Of a stretch of 64,000 nucleotides of DNA, positions 53,227-62,706 are shown piece after piece. How positions within the stretch are numbered: position 1 is the stretch's first letter; each line of letters starts with the position of its first letter. The DNA is taken from positions 32,001-96,000 of the forward strand of contig CAVRAG010000008.1 in the NCBI GenBank assembly GCA_963718895.1. Reading direction: 5' to 3'. The notes beneath the pieces are model-generated. The model searched no databases. It worked only from the letters and a program-made list of their open reading frames with translations, and was not told the DNA's origin. The position numbers and the translations under genes are program-made. The DNA comes from an uncultured Nitrososphaerota archaeon. Lineage in GTDB: Archaea; Thermoproteota; Nitrososphaeria; Nitrososphaerales; Gagatemarchaeaceae.

Positions 53227-55023
53227 CTACACCAACGGACCTGGGTTCAGAAGGTACTTCTTGATGCCTTCCGCCCCGACGTAGGTGGTCGGGCCGATGG
53301 CGTGGGTTCCGGCGGTCACGCTGCTGCCGTGGGTGTTGGTGATCTCGCCTCCGGCGAAGAGGTTTGGCGTGGTCCATGCCTGCTGGTACTTGTTGAAGAC
53401 CGAGGACGTCGCGCTGCTCCCTATCCTGCAGCCGCCTCTGGTGTGCGCCTGCCAGTTATCCATGTGGGTGGTGCCCGCGGCGGTACCCTTGTTGAGGGTC
53501 ACGTTAGACGCGCCAAGTTTTGTCAGGATCGGCTCCATCAAGGGAGCCAGGTAGGTCGCCCCATTGATGGCGTTGTTAGCCCAGTCCATGGTTATCCTCT
53601 CCAGAGGGTCACCATAGATGTCGTTGTGGTGGGGGTCTAGGTCGAGATGCCATCGGGTGTCTGCGAGCTCCGCGGGAGCCGGTCCCATACCAACCGTCAG
53701 CTTCGTGGGGAGGTAGCGGTTCTTCAGGGAAGCCTTGTAGGCGCTTCCCATGCTGTTGATGGTGGCCGCGCCTGCGATCCCTGAGAAGTTCGCCGGTCCG
53801 CCTCCCTGATATCCCCCGACGCTCACAACTCCGCCTCCAATGAAGTTCAGGCCTGTATGGTCGAAGTTGTCGTCGGCGAAGTCGTAGATGGAGACTCCAC
53901 CGGCGCTCGCGTTCCCTGCGCTGTAGGAGTTGCCTCCTATCGGGAGGGTGCCGCTGGCGCTGGCGCCGCCCACGGTGCCGGTGGCGGTGACCCCTCGCCC
54001 GATTGTCCCGGTGCCGTTCGTCGGGTTGTATGTCTGGCCGATACCCGACAGCTGCATCATCCTCGGGATGTTGAAGCCCCAGAGGCCGTCCCAGAACACA
54101 GTGCCCGGCTGGATGTGGACGTTCCCAGACGCATCATAGTATCTAGCCTGGGTCACCTTCCCCGAAGAGTCCGTATCGAGCCTGAACGCGTAGCTGTTCG
54201 TCTTCATGGTGAAGTTCCCGGTCTTGAGCGCCGCAGGGATGACCCTGAATGCCGAGTTCGCCTTCGCCCCCACCTCGCAGACGTAGTTGCAGGCTGCCCC
54301 GCACCACCCGTCGTAGACGCAACCGTTGACCGGGACTCCGTACTGGTTCATGTAGGCCTGCGACGCCAGCGAGGTCGGGGTCGGGTAGGGCGTGTACCCC
54401 AGAGTCTCGGCGGTGTTCATCCATTCCGTCCCCTGCTGGGTCTGAGGGTGAGGGGGCATCGGGAAGTTCTTGCTCATCGGGACCAGCGAACCCATGTTGG
54501 TGCCCGCGAGACCCCAAGCCTGTTCCCACTGGACGTAGAAGGGCTCGTATTCCTCGTACGTCATCGGCCAGTCCTGGACGTCGTTGGTGGGGTCGATGGT
54601 GCTAAGGAAGTTCGGGCCATACCTGCTAGCCGTCATCGATGCCATCTGGTAGTTCCAGGGACCGTACCTGCCCATTGCTCCGGCGTAGTGTTGCGCCATG
54701 CCTCCGACACCGTGTCCCTGCACGATGATCTGGAGAGACGTGTTCCTCCGCGCCGGAAGCGCATACTGGCTGTCGTTGTTCCTTATGGTGTAGGTGGACA
54801 TGGGCAGAGGGTGGTCGAACTTTCTGTGGAACCCGATCCCCCACTCATCGTACTTCACCGGGGCGAAGTCGGAGTTGAAGTCCCAGTACGGGCCCTTCTC
54901 GATTCCTACGACCTTGTATCCGGCCTGCGCCAGCTCGGTCGCGACGATCCCGCCCGTCACGCCGAGGCCAAGAACCACTACGTCGGCCGCGGGGTCCTGG
55001 ATCACATTGGTTGACGAAGACAT
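53227..55023 (-). CDS. GMC oxidoreductase, gluconate 2-dehydrogenase flavoprotein-like (copy B)
   Basis: VVLGLGVTGG, IEKGP, GGMAQHYAG, HTRGGCRIG. Confidence 0.9.
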   Translation of the reverse strand: MSSSTNVIQDPAADVVVLGLGVTGGIVATELAQAGYKVVGIEKGPYWDFNSDFAPVKYDEWGIGFHRKFDHPLPMSTYTIRNNDSQYALPARRNTSLQIIVQGHGVGGMAQHYAGAMGRYGPWNYQMASMTASRYGPNFLSTIDPTNDVQDWPMTYEEYEPFYVQWEQAWGLAGTNMGSLVPMSKNFPMPPHPQTQQGTEWMNTAETLGYTPYPTPTSLASQAYMNQYGVPVNGCVYDGWCGAACNYVCEVGAKANSAFRVIPAALKTGNFTMKTNSYAFRLDTDSSGKVTQARYYDASGNVHIQPGTVFWDGLWGFNIPRMMQLSGIGQTYNPTNGTGTIGRGVTATGTVGGASASGTLPIGGNSYSAGNASAGGVSIYDFADDNFDHTGLNFIGGGVVSVGGYQGGGPANFSGIAGAATINSMGSAYKASLKNRYLPTKLTVGMGPAPAELADTRWHLDLDPHHNDIYGDPLERITMDWANNAINGATYLAPLMEPILTKLGASNVTLNKGTAAGTTHMDNWQAHTRGGCRIGSSATSSVFNKYQQAWTTPNLFAGGEITNTHGSSVTAGTHAIGPTTYVGAEGIKKYLLNPGPLV

Positions 55024-55025
55024 CT

Positions 55026-56189
55026 CTAGGCGCTCCCCTTCTGGAACTGGGCGAGGCTCGCCGGTTTCAGCGGTACCGGGGTCGTCGAGACCATCAGCTG
55101 CTTGGGAGTGTAGCCTTCACCGTAGAAGTTCCCCGTGTTCACGCCGTTGAACCCCACATACTCCCAGCCGACCATGTTCCGGTTGCCGCCGTAGATGGGG
55201 TCCATGAGGAACCCGCACCAAACCAGCATCGTCAGCTCGTAGGCAAAATCGACGGGGTTTATGCTGGCGAAGGAGGTCGGCTTGCCGTTCCAAAGGTCCT
55301 GCAGTGCAGCAAGTTGGTTCGCCGCCGAGAGAGTCTCGAAGTTCCCACCGTAGGCGCTGTTCGCGTACGCCTCGAACGCGGCTAGGCCATATCTGAAGAA
55401 CTCCCGCATGTTCATCTGGTACTGGTATCTCGTACCCGCCGTGACTCGTTGGACCGGGGTGCCGCTCGAGTAGGTCACGCCCTGCACCGTGACGGGGCCC
55501 TTCAGTCCGGACATGATGAACGGCCCCTGCATGTAGACGTTCCCGTTCTTTCCGTAGTCACCGGCCAGGACGCGGTCCATGAAGTATATCGCCCCGGCCT
55601 CCTTTGCGCCAGGACCGTTGCTGTCAGAGGGGATTATCGTTTCCGCTATCGCCGCGAGGACGGATTGCTCGCTGTTCGACAAAGTGAGGAACCCCATCGT
55701 CGTGTCTATCTGGACTTGGAGGGCTGCAGCGCTGGCGTTCGCGCCCGACACGGCTGAGTTGAGCGAGGTCACCTGGCCGTTCAGGCTTGTGATCTGCCCG
55801 TTCGCGCTCGTCAGAGCCTGCTGGGTCGCCGTGAGCTGACTGTTCACGCCGCTCAGCTGAGAGTTCGCGCTGCTGAGCTGGGCCTGGGTCGAGGTAAGCT
55901 GGTTGTTCAGCGAGGAGACCTGCCCCTGCGCCGAGGAGAGCTGGGACGCCGTCGAGTTGAGCTGGTTCTGCGTGGAACTGAGCTGCTCCTGGGTAGAGGA
56001 GAGCTGGTTCTGAAGCGCGGCCACCGAGCTGCTCGAGCTGTTGTTGTTTCCGCCTACGACGCTGTTGTAGTATGGTACTTCTACAACGGTAGCTATTGCG
56101 GCGCCCGCGACCACGCCAGCGCCGATCTTTAGGAACGTCCTGCGGTCAGCAGGTTTTGGCTGCCCGCCAGACTGGCTGCTGTCTGCCAT
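55026..56189 (-). CDS. Gluconate 2-dehydrogenase subunit-3-like protein with Tat signal and coiled-coil insert (copy B)
   Basis: DRRTFLK; heptads; GPGAKEAG; DPIYGGNRNMVGW. Confidence 0.88.
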   Translation of the reverse strand: MADSSQSGGQPKPADRRTFLKIGAGVVAGAAIATVVEVPYYNSVVGGNNNSSSSSVAALQNQLSSTQEQLSSTQNQLNSTASQLSSAQGQVSSLNNQLTSTQAQLSSANSQLSGVNSQLTATQQALTSANGQITSLNGQVTSLNSAVSGANASAAALQVQIDTTMGFLTLSNSEQSVLAAIAETIIPSDSNGPGAKEAGAIYFMDRVLAGDYGKNGNVYMQGPFIMSGLKGPVTVQGVTYSSGTPVQRVTAGTRYQYQMNMREFFRYGLAAFEAYANSAYGGNFETLSAANQLAALQDLWNGKPTSFASINPVDFAYELTMLVWCGFLMDPIYGGNRNMVGWEYVGFNGVNTGNFYGEGYTPKQLMVSTTPVPLKPASLAQFQKGSA

Positions 56190-56193
56190 TCGC

Positions 56194-56220
56194 AATACAT
56201 ATGTTATATTCCTATATAAC
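56194..56220 (-). promoter_or_regulatory. Promoter/operator of GMC operon B
   Basis: Same inverted repeat as 52791-52817. Confidence 0.7.
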
Positions 56221-56401
56221 TTATGTGTTGCATCTTCAGCGGACACGTTACAAATTCCCCCGAAGAGCTGTTCTATTTCTGCGAAATCTTCACGATTCCC
56301 AGGGAAAAAGCCAGAACTGCCCCTGATAATTCCTCTAGACTCATTGTTCGAAACTCTTAAAAGAACTATGACGGGCCCCTCGTTTTGGAGAACCTGAAGG
56401 A

Positions 56402-57032
56402 ATGCAAATAGAGCAAAAGAGAAACGGTATCGGTACTGGAGCTGTTGTAGCAGCGGTGGTTGTCGTCGTATTGATAGCCGCGGCGGGCTACTTCATCTTC
56501 TTCCCGGGCTCCTCCTCCACTACTACTAGGCAACACTATGACGACCACAACGACCACAACGACAACTCCAACGACCTCCACCACGACCACGTCCACAACT
56601 AGCCCGACGACGACTTCCACGACCAGCACCACCACGACATCGACGACTAGCACCACTACGACCACTAGCACGACGAGCACTACGAGTACTACGTCAACTC
56701 AGACCACGTCGACAACCTCAACGACCTCGCAGGCCGCCCCGGTAAAGATCAGCATGCCGAGCGGCGTTGGTGGCAACCAGCAACTGAACTTCGCGCCTCC
56801 AAGCGTGACGGTATCAGCCGGGACGACGATAATCTTCACCAACAACGACACGGTTACGCATAACGTCGACTGGCAGTCCGTCCCAAGCGGGTCGACCATA
56901 ACCGCAGGCACGACCTCGCCGAACATGAAAGGGGGCCAGACCTACACAGTAACCCTCACGGTTCCTGGTACCTACAACTACGTCTGCGACTTCCACTCCT
57001 GGATGAAGGGCACCATCACCGTGACGCCGTAG
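56402..57032 (+). CDS. Membrane-tethered plastocyanin-like cupredoxin with Thr/Ser linker (frameshift near 56530)
   Basis: N-terminal hydrophobic anchor; type-1 copper ligands THNV and YVCDFHSWM. Confidence 0.9.
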
Positions 57033-57108
57033 CCGAAGACCGAGAGGCACGATAAGCCAATCACGAAAGACGCGCAAGCGAGGGCCCCATGGAGCTCGCT
57101 CGCGCTCC

Positions 57109-57130
57109 CTTTTTTTCCTCTCCTTTTTCC
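57109..57130 (+). terminator. Pyrimidine/T-rich terminator-like tract
   Basis: T7 run followed by CT-rich tract between convergent genes. Confidence 0.5.
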
Positions 57131-59094
57131 TAGATCAACCGCACCGATTCGAAGGATTCCGAGATAACCTCACCCATCTCCCTCCCGGCCAGGTTGCAAT
57201 CACCAACCGTCACCACCGAGCCCACCCTTCCGATGAAGAACGAATACGGCCCATTGTTGGGGAGCCGGCCGGTGTTGAGGACGACCGTCACCCGCCCTCT
57301 TCTCGTCGTCTTGACACCTGTGTAGACGTTGAAGAGTTCGACGGAATCTTCTCTCACCTCGCTGATGAAGGCGTTGGGAGTGAAGACGACGCCGGCCCTG
57401 AGGGCCCTCTCGTAAAGATAGGGCAGCTGGAGCGACCACTGCGTCTCGAGGCCCGGTGCAGGGTCGCGGGTGACCAGCTCCACTTGCGAACCCCCTTTCG
57501 AGAGCATCTCCGAGAGCGCGAGCCCCACTACGAACCCGGGCTCGTCGAGTATCATGACCTCGCTCCCGACCTCGGCCCCGGAGAGAACCTGGTCGACGGT
57601 CAGCGCGAGCTCGTTACCCTTGATCGTGCAGTAGTCATATTGCTGCAGGCCGTCCCTTATCGGTCTCGATCCGGTGGCTATTACGACCGCGTCGGGCCGC
57701 TCTTCTGCGACGACGTAGCCGGCCACCTCGGGCGACCCTATCTCCTTCCGCAGCTCTATTCTGACCCCGAGAAGGCGGAGCTGGCCCTCGTACCACTTGA
57801 GCACCGTGCCGAAGTCGTCCCTTCCGGGGAGCCTCTTCGCTAGGTTGACCTGTCCCCCAATCGTCGAGCTCCCCTCATAGATGACTACTTCGTGGCCCGC
57901 CGCGGCTGCGGTGCGCGCCGCCTCGAGTCCGGCCACTCCCGCGCCCACAACCAGCACCTTCTTCCTCACGGAGGCGATGGGCAGATTCTCGAGCCCATCC
58001 TCCGACTCGCGGCCGACGAGAGGGTTGACGGTGCACCTCATGGGCACGTTACGCAGCATGTTGCCAATGCACTTCTGATTGTCTCCCAGGCAGAAACGAA
58101 TCTGGTCGAGGCGCCCCTCCCTGGTCTTGTTCGGCAGGTCCGGATCGGCGATGAGCGCCCGCGTCATCCCGACGAGGTCGGCTGTCCCGTCCTCGAGTAT
58201 CGATTCGGCGAGCACGGGGTCGACGATCCTGCCGGCGGCCCCGACGACCGTCTCGGGCAACGCACGCTTGAACGCGCCCACCGACTCGAGCAGGTAGCCG
58301 GGAGCCTCGTACATCGGCGCAATGGCGACGTGCATCCGCTGGTGCTCGAACCCCGCGTCGACGTTGAGGAAGTCGAGCTCGGCCCGGAGAGAGACCGCGA
58401 CGGCGACTTCGTCGGAGAGCGAGTTCCCCGACGGGAACCCGTCACCCGCGTCGACCCGCATCCCGACAGCCAGCCGCCCACGGGTCTCGGCGCGTATGCC
58501 CGTGATGATCTCCGACAGGAGCCTCGTGCGGTTGGCGAGCGAACCGCCGTATTGGTCTTCCCTGCGATTGGTCGCGCTGGAGTAGAACTCCTCGAGGAGC
58601 ATCCCGTGGGTGGCGTGCAGGTCTACGCCGTCGAAACCCCCTCTCGCGATGTATCCCGCGGCTTTCACGTGGTCCTCCACCAGAGTCCTGATCCCCCGGG
58701 CGTCGTAGGCCTGGGGAGTCACTCGCTTGATCCCGCCTGGGACGCTCGAGGCGCTCCTGGTCGCGCTCCGGTTTCCTCCCGCCGCCGAGAGCTCCATGAA
58801 CGCCTTGGCGCCGTGCCTGTGAATTGCTTCGCAAAGGCCCGAATAGTGCGGGATCACTCGTTCGTCGAACCCCTTGTACGGCCAGGCGTCGACGGGCCCC
58901 TCCGGGAACTCTCCGAGGTCCCTGATCGCGGTCGCCATAGAGACCTCGACGAGCCCGACGCCGCCCTTGGCGCGCCGCTCGAGATAGCTCGTCAGGGTCT
59001 TCATGTCGTAGAGGGTGTTGTGTGGGAGGAGCTGGAGCCTGTTCTTGAGCTGGATCGGTCCGACCCGCAGGGGTTCGAAGAGCTTCTCGAACAT
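57130..59094 (-). CDS. NADH:flavin oxidoreductase (OYE/FadH-TMADH family)
   Basis: LFEPLRVGPIQLKNR, DGVDLHATHG, NRREDQYGGS, VVGAGVAGLEAA. Confidence 0.92.
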   Translation of the reverse strand: MFEKLFEPLRVGPIQLKNRLQLLPHNTLYDMKTLTSYLERRAKGGVGLVEVSMATAIRDLGEFPEGPVDAWPYKGFDERVIPHYSGLCEAIHRHGAKAFMELSAAGGNRSATRSASSVPGGIKRVTPQAYDARGIRTLVEDHVKAAGYIARGGFDGVDLHATHGMLLEEFYSSATNRREDQYGGSLANRTRLLSEIITGIRAETRGRLAVGMRVDAGDGFPSGNSLSDEVAVAVSLRAELDFLNVDAGFEHQRMHVAIAPMYEAPGYLLESVGAFKRALPETVVGAAGRIVDPVLAESILEDGTADLVGMTRALIADPDLPNKTREGRLDQIRFCLGDNQKCIGNMLRNVPMRCTVNPLVGRESEDGLENLPIASVRKKVLVVGAGVAGLEAARTAAAAGHEVVIYEGSSTIGGQVNLAKRLPGRDDFGTVLKWYEGQLRLLGVRIELRKEIGSPEVAGYVVAEERPDAVVIATGSRPIRDGLQQYDYCTIKGNELALTVDQVLSGAEVGSEVMILDEPGFVVGLALSEMLSKGGSQVELVTRDPAPGLETQWSLQLPYLYERALRAGVVFTPNAFISEVREDSVELFNVYTGVKTTRRGRVTVVLNTGRLPNNGPYSFFIGRVGSVVTVGDCNLAGREMGEVISESFESVRLI

Positions 59095-59220
59095 CCTTCT
59101 TGCGGTCCCGCCCGATGTCTAATAACGGTTGCACAGAGGGAGCCCAGATCGACTGGCGCAACCCGATAGGATACGTCATCCCGTTTATATCTCACCGGAC
59201 TCCCAGAGAACCGAACAGAG

Positions 59221-59616
59221 TTGTTCTCAAAGCCCGAGGTCGACTACCTGAAATCCCAGCACCTGGCCCGCATCGCCACTGCCTCGAGGAAGGGCGTCCC
59301 GGAGGTCTCTCCGGTGGGGTTCCAGTACGACGGGAAGTACATCTTTGTCGGGAGTCATGACCAGAAGATCTTCTTCACGACCCAGAGGTACAACAACATC
59401 AAGAACGGAAACCCCCACGTCTCGATAGTCGTCGACGACCAGGTCTCGATCGACCCATGGAGAGTCCGCGGGATAAAGATATCCGGAGAGGCAGAGGTCG
59501 TCGAGCACAATGGGATGTTCGGCCCGGGCAGATATCTGCGAATCACCCCCAAGACCTCGAGGAGCTGGGGGATAGAACCCGGCGACGGCTCCTTTGGCAA
59601 GAAGAAGGCTCACTGA
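59221..59616 (+). CDS. PPOX-class (pyridoxamine 5'-phosphate oxidase-like, putatively F420-binding) protein
   Basis: LARIATA..G.PEVSPVGF, NPHVSIVVDD..SIDPWRVRGI. Confidence 0.85.
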   Translation: MFSKPEVDYLKSQHLARIATASRKGVPEVSPVGFQYDGKYIFVGSHDQKIFFTTQRYNNIKNGNPHVSIVVDDQVSIDPWRVRGIKISGEAEVVEHNGMFGPGRYLRITPKTSRSWGIEPGDGSFGKKKAH

Positions 59617-59707
59617 AGCGCGTGGGGCCACGGCGCCAACACTCCCGCAAGATAGAGCGGAGGGACAAGGAAAGAGTATATAGTGAGCGCCAGACCCGCA
59701 GAATGAA

Positions 59708-60094
59708 ATGGCCAACTTCGTCTACAAACCTTACAAGGAGATAATCATCCACGAGATAAGGGAGCTCGATATTCAAGCCTTCATGGAGGGATATGTCTCA
59801 CAATTGCTTTCACAGGGACAGACCGGGATCACGCCGATCGCATCCTGGGTCGATGGGATAGCGTTCTATCTGGGCAACTTCATGGAGACGCCCGACCTCG
59901 TGAAGGAGAAGCTCGACGGGCGGATCCACTGGGCGGCCGTCTACTTCGCCCGGACCAGTTTCCAACCCGAGAAGAAGGTCGTCGTGAGCGGACGCGACTA
60001 CGTCGTCAAGTTCGTCAAGGCGGACGCCAACCCCGACTTCGTGGGACTGGGCGAGTTTCTCAACAAGCGCCCGGCGCCCGAAGCCCCGTCCTAG
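59708..60094 (+). CDS. Hypothetical archaeal protein
   Basis: YKPYKEIIIHE, WVDGIAF; TATATA upstream. Confidence 0.7.
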   Translation: MANFVYKPYKEIIIHEIRELDIQAFMEGYVSQLLSQGQTGITPIASWVDGIAFYLGNFMETPDLVKEKLDGRIHWAAVYFARTSFQPEKKVVVSGRDYVVKFVKADANPDFVGLGEFLNKRPAPEAPS

Positions 60095-60357
60095 AGATAG
60101 TCGCGGACCTCCTTGCCGTCTTGGTCTGCCTTCAGGACGAGCGTGAGCTGCTCCTTGTCGTTCAGACTACGCCAGTGGGCGGCCTGCTGCTCGGTGACTT
60201 CGTATTCAACGTAGTCGAACTCCGACCGCGAACCCGCCTTGGCGTCCTGGGCCGCGGCCGGCCTACCAATGTCTGGCACCTTGATCGTCGGCAAAGGGCG
60301 AGACCCTATGGCCATCCCGACTTTATCAACGCTTCCGGGCTGCCATGCATGGGACAT
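60091..60357 (-). CDS. Hypothetical protein
   Basis: Short ORF with host-like codon usage, convergent with previous gene. Confidence 0.45.
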   Translation of the reverse strand: MSHAWQPGSVDKVGMAIGSRPLPTIKVPDIGRPAAAQDAKAGSRSEFDYVEYEVTEQQAAHWRSLNDKEQLTLVLKADQDGKEVRDYL

Positions 60358-60523
60358 CTGCTATGTCAGGGGAGGAACCAGGAAGCCGCGCGACGTGCTC
60401 CCGAGGCTCCTAGAGCATCGCGGCGCTGCGACATGTTAGGAGACCCTGAGCCGCTAGCCAAACTACAGCAACACACGCCGATAACTTATGTTATTCCTAT
60501 GTGACTTAAATAGCCGATTCGGA

Positions 60524-61624
60524 ATGCGCCGCCCTATGCGAACTAGGGGAGGCCTCGCGACCCGAGCTTTGGCTATAATCGTCATCGTCATTGTGGCAGT
60601 GGTTGGTGTCGCCGGATACATGGCCATGGCAACGCCGGGTTCCAGTTCTCCCAGCTCTTCCAGTTCTTCGAGCTTTTCGAGCCTGCCGACGACCACGACT
60701 ACGTCCTCTTCCTTCTCGAGCCTGGTGACGACCACATCCTCGCCTACGACGTCTAGTACCTCGACCCCCACGACTAGCTCTACACTGTCCACAACCTCGA
60801 CGCAGACGACCATCAGCAGCCTGCCACCTACGACTTCGAGCACGACCACGACCAGTTCGACACCAACGACTACCAGTTCGACGAAGACCACAACCAGCAG
60901 CACGACCACCACAACAAGCACGACCGCCACAACGACCTCGTCACTTTCCAGCACCTCTTCAGCCACGGCGACGACGTCTTGCTTGCCGTCTATCAGCTTC
61001 ACAAGTCAGCCTGCGAGCGTCTTTGTGCCGATGTTCAATGCCTACTCAGCCATGAGTGGGACTTTCTCGGTCACAATGAACCAACAGACTTTCAGCTACA
61101 CCGCTGGTTACACAGTGGTGTACGCAAGCGCGACGACCTACAAAGTCAGCGTCGACTCATCGGCATACGCGAGTTCCACGACGATGTGGCTTCTCAAGAA
61201 CGGGACCATCGCGGGAATAGACTACGCCACCATGAACTACACGGGCGCGGCAGCGCAGTCGTACTACCAGAGTTCTCGACTCTTCACCGCCTGGAGCACA
61301 GAGACAGCCTTCGGGCAGCAGCTAGCAACCGTGTACCCATTGGCGACGGCATACTTCCACTCCACGGGGACCTCGACAGTGACGGTTGGATCCACCACGG
61401 TCGCCGAAACGAACTACGCTGCAAACTCGCTTCCGGAAGTCGCTCCGACCTGTGATGGCGGAAGCGTTACCCTGACAACCGCCGGCATGTCCTTGGGGAT
61501 ACCAAGCGGGGCGAGCTACTTGTTCCCGATCGGAGTAAGTGTCGCGGGCAGCGCTATAACGCCTGGGAACGTTGCAGTCAGCTTCAGCATCTCATCCCAG
61601 ATAACCTCGATCAAGGTAGCCTGA
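60524..61624 (+). CDS. Membrane-anchored Thr/Ser-rich surface protein
   Basis: Basic N-terminus, hydrophobic helix, long T/S linker, globular domain with WLLKNGT. Confidence 0.8.
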   Translation: MRRPMRTRGGLATRALAIIVIVIVAVVGVAGYMAMATPGSSSPSSSSSSSFSSLPTTTTTSSSFSSLVTTTSSPTTSSTSTPTTSSTLSTTSTQTTISSLPPTTSSTTTTSSTPTTTSSTKTTTSSTTTTTSTTATTTSSLSSTSSATATTSCLPSISFTSQPASVFVPMFNAYSAMSGTFSVTMNQQTFSYTAGYTVVYASATTYKVSVDSSAYASSTTMWLLKNGTIAGIDYATMNYTGAAAQSYYQSSRLFTAWSTETAFGQQLATVYPLATAYFHSTGTSTVTVGSTTVAETNYAANSLPEVAPTCDGGSVTLTTAGMSLGIPSGASYLFPIGVSVAGSAITPGNVAVSFSISSQITSIKVA

Positions 61625-61980
61625 GAGCGATTATGGCGAGCCGGGCATCACCCGGTCCGTCTCAATCCTGTCTCCTCTCGAAAGAATCAGGAGGCCCTTC
61701 GACTTTCTTGCGGCATCTGCGAATCCTGTTTGCTGGGCGTTCGCATCTCCCGTTCTCGTCAAATCAGAGTTGGTGTCGTCCCTAACCGTGCTCCACCGAG
61801 TCCTCTGGTATTGCTATGAGCTCTCGGCTGAAGGTCCACGCTTCTGTCTGCTTCCCGCCTACCGAAAGCGACTTCTCTGCTTCGACCATACCCGCGGGTC
61901 AAATCGAATTTACAGAGACAAGAACTGTAATTGAGCAGCCTCCTTCTAAGCGGGAATCAGGAAACAGCGTGCAATTCGCG

Positions 61981-62706
61981 ATGGAGAGCTTGGAGACCGA
62001 GGTCAGAGGACTTTCTAGATTGCTCGACCAAGCGCAAGCTCCCCTGATGGCGATACTTCCCCACAACACCCTGGAATATGCTGAGGCAGCGCAGCAGGCC
62101 GGTGCCGATGCGTTGATCCTCGGCATCGACAAGACCGAGTCGATGTTCCCGGGGCTCTTCGGCAGCTACGAGCTCCAGGAGGACTCCATACTCGGCATCG
62201 TCTCGACCTCCTCGATCCCGGTCGGCATCTCCATAGGAGACTCCCGCCCCCTGACGCCAGAGGGGTGGGAGAGGATAGTGGGCAGGTCCTTCAGCTTCGT
62301 GAACATGTTCGCCCACCACATGCCGCCGTTCGTCCTCACGGACGAGAGGATCGACAAGCTCGTCTCCATAGGCGCTGGTTACATGGTGGAACAGATCAAG
62401 AGCCTCTCCGAGATGAGCCAGGTGAAGGCACTCGAGGCGGCCATCGTCTCCCCCCAGGGGCAGACGCACGTCTTCAGCGTACTGGACCTCTCCACGCTCC
62501 GGATGATCTCGAAGCTCTCGTCCAAGCCTGTCATCCTGAGGGCGCAGAAGAGGCTCGAGGCAGGAGATTTCAGGAGCATAGCCGAGGCCGGCCTGAAGGG
62601 GCTGAGCCTCGATCCGTCGGCTCTGGAGCCGGGTGTGGAAGCATATAGGGATGCGATAACAACCTTCAGGTCTAGAGTGACGAGTTCTGTCCAAACGAGC
62701 GGGTAA
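61981..62706 (+). CDS. Hypothetical TIM-barrel-like protein
   Basis: AEAAQQAGADALIL, IPVGISIG alternating beta/alpha pattern. Confidence 0.6.
   Translation: MESLETEVRGLSRLLDQAQAPLMAILPHNTLEYAEAAQQAGADALILGIDKTESMFPGLFGSYELQEDSILGIVSTSSIPVGISIGDSRPLTPEGWERIVGRSFSFVNMFAHHMPPFVLTDERIDKLVSIGAGYMVEQIKSLSEMSQVKALEAAIVSPQGQTHVFSVLDLSTLRMISKLSSKPVILRAQKRLEAGDFRSIAEAGLKGLSLDPSALEPGVEAYRDAITTFRSRVTSSVQTSG

Noticed and set aside
56366-56680. Val-rich membrane-looking ORFs here and at 60463-61002
   Set aside because: Antisense readings of Thr/Ser-rich linkers.
59761-59782. Further copies of the 22-bp palindrome (also partial matches near 23788, 33635 and 47992)
   Set aside because: Half-site matches or wrong spacer, mostly inside coding sequence; 23788 could be a decayed copy but is too weak to call.
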